Assembly (NCBI GenBank): GCA_964416095.1
Contig: CAYQCY010000006.1
Span: 1-58,158 of the forward strand
Direction: 5' to 3'
DNA from: an uncultured Gemmatimonadaceae bacterium
Lineage (GTDB): Bacteria > Gemmatimonadota > Gemmatimonadetes > Longimicrobiales > RSA9
Length of the DNA stretch: 58,158 bases
Position 1 is the first letter of the stretch; every line of letters begins with the position of its first letter. Positions 57,900 through 58,158 of the stretch are shown one piece after another. The position numbers and the translations under genes are program-made. The notes beneath the pieces were generated by a model. The model saw only the letters and a list, made by a program, of their open reading frames with translations. It was not told the origin of the DNA and did no database searches.

Positions 57900-57927
57900 T
57901 GTGCGTATAATATACATTATGTAAACT
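57900..57927 (+). other. dif: dif-like XerC/XerD recombination site
   Basis: TGTGCGTATAA-TATACA-TTATGTAAACT: 11-6-11 layout; left arm resembles the E. coli XerC arm (GGTGCGCATAA), right arm matches the B. subtilis dif arm (TTATGTAAACT) as recalled; AT-rich island in 70% GC DNA. Confidence 0.85.
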
Positions 57928-57999
57928 CACGCCGACCACCGATCACCACGCTCTCCCTTTTGAGGACCCGTGGCGGCTGTTCAGCGTTCCGGGGATCAC

Positions 58000-58158
58000 A
58001 CGCGAAGCCGCGAAGGGTGCGAAGCCGCGAAGGGCTTTCTTCGGGGGTCATTCGACATTCGAGGTGGTGCGATCTCCCGGGATGCAGTAGTTCGGCGGGA
58101 GCGCGTTCCGGGGGTCAAAACGTTCTTCGCGGCTTGATGGTTCTTCGCGGCTTCGCGT
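58000..58158. repeat. REP/MITE-like element with 16-bp perfect terminal inverted repeats and internal partial duplicates
   Basis: ACGCGAAGCCGCGAAG (58000-58015) and CTTCGCGGCTTCGCGT (58143-58158); inner copies GCGAAGCCGCGAAG (58019-58032) and CTTCGCGGCTT (58125-58135). Confidence 0.75.

Overview
High-GC (about 70%) bacterial chromosomal segment from a diderm. The gene set (lpxC-fabZ fusion, PorV-like barrel, GWxTD-like protein, mcsAB-clpC, bshC) suggests Gemmatimonadota or a related FCB-group lineage; this is inference. It is almost entirely core housekeeping DNA on the + strand, in this order: era, trm112, PorV-like gene, rnr; a GGDEF plus zinc-ribbon/RomX-like pair; prfB (+1 programmed frameshift), lysS, lolC/E-lolD, mcsA-mcsB-clpC, bamA-skp-lpxD-lpxC/fabZ-lpxA-gnnA-like-lpxB-DUF374-lpxK, nadB-rlmH-bshC; murJ-uvrC-gltX; larC and a TPR lipoprotein; DUF512-der-plsY-gpsA-merR-surE-pcm-yqaA; a decayed TonB-receptor remnant; tRNA-Arg(CCT); ccmABCDEFGH-lgt; two unknown outer-membrane barrels; and a stand-alone LigD polymerase domain. 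A XerC/D dif-like site sits at 57900-57927, and repeats lie at both window ends. I found no integrase, transposase, CRISPR array or defence island. The most unusual signal is compositional: repeated kb-scale C-rich to G-rich strand-skew switches centred on short AT-richer patches, one of them inside bshC around a perfect palindrome. Next are the RomX-like/GGDEF operon and an unannotated 44-aa membrane protein in the lipid A operon. All family calls come from motif recognition by eye; no database searches were run.
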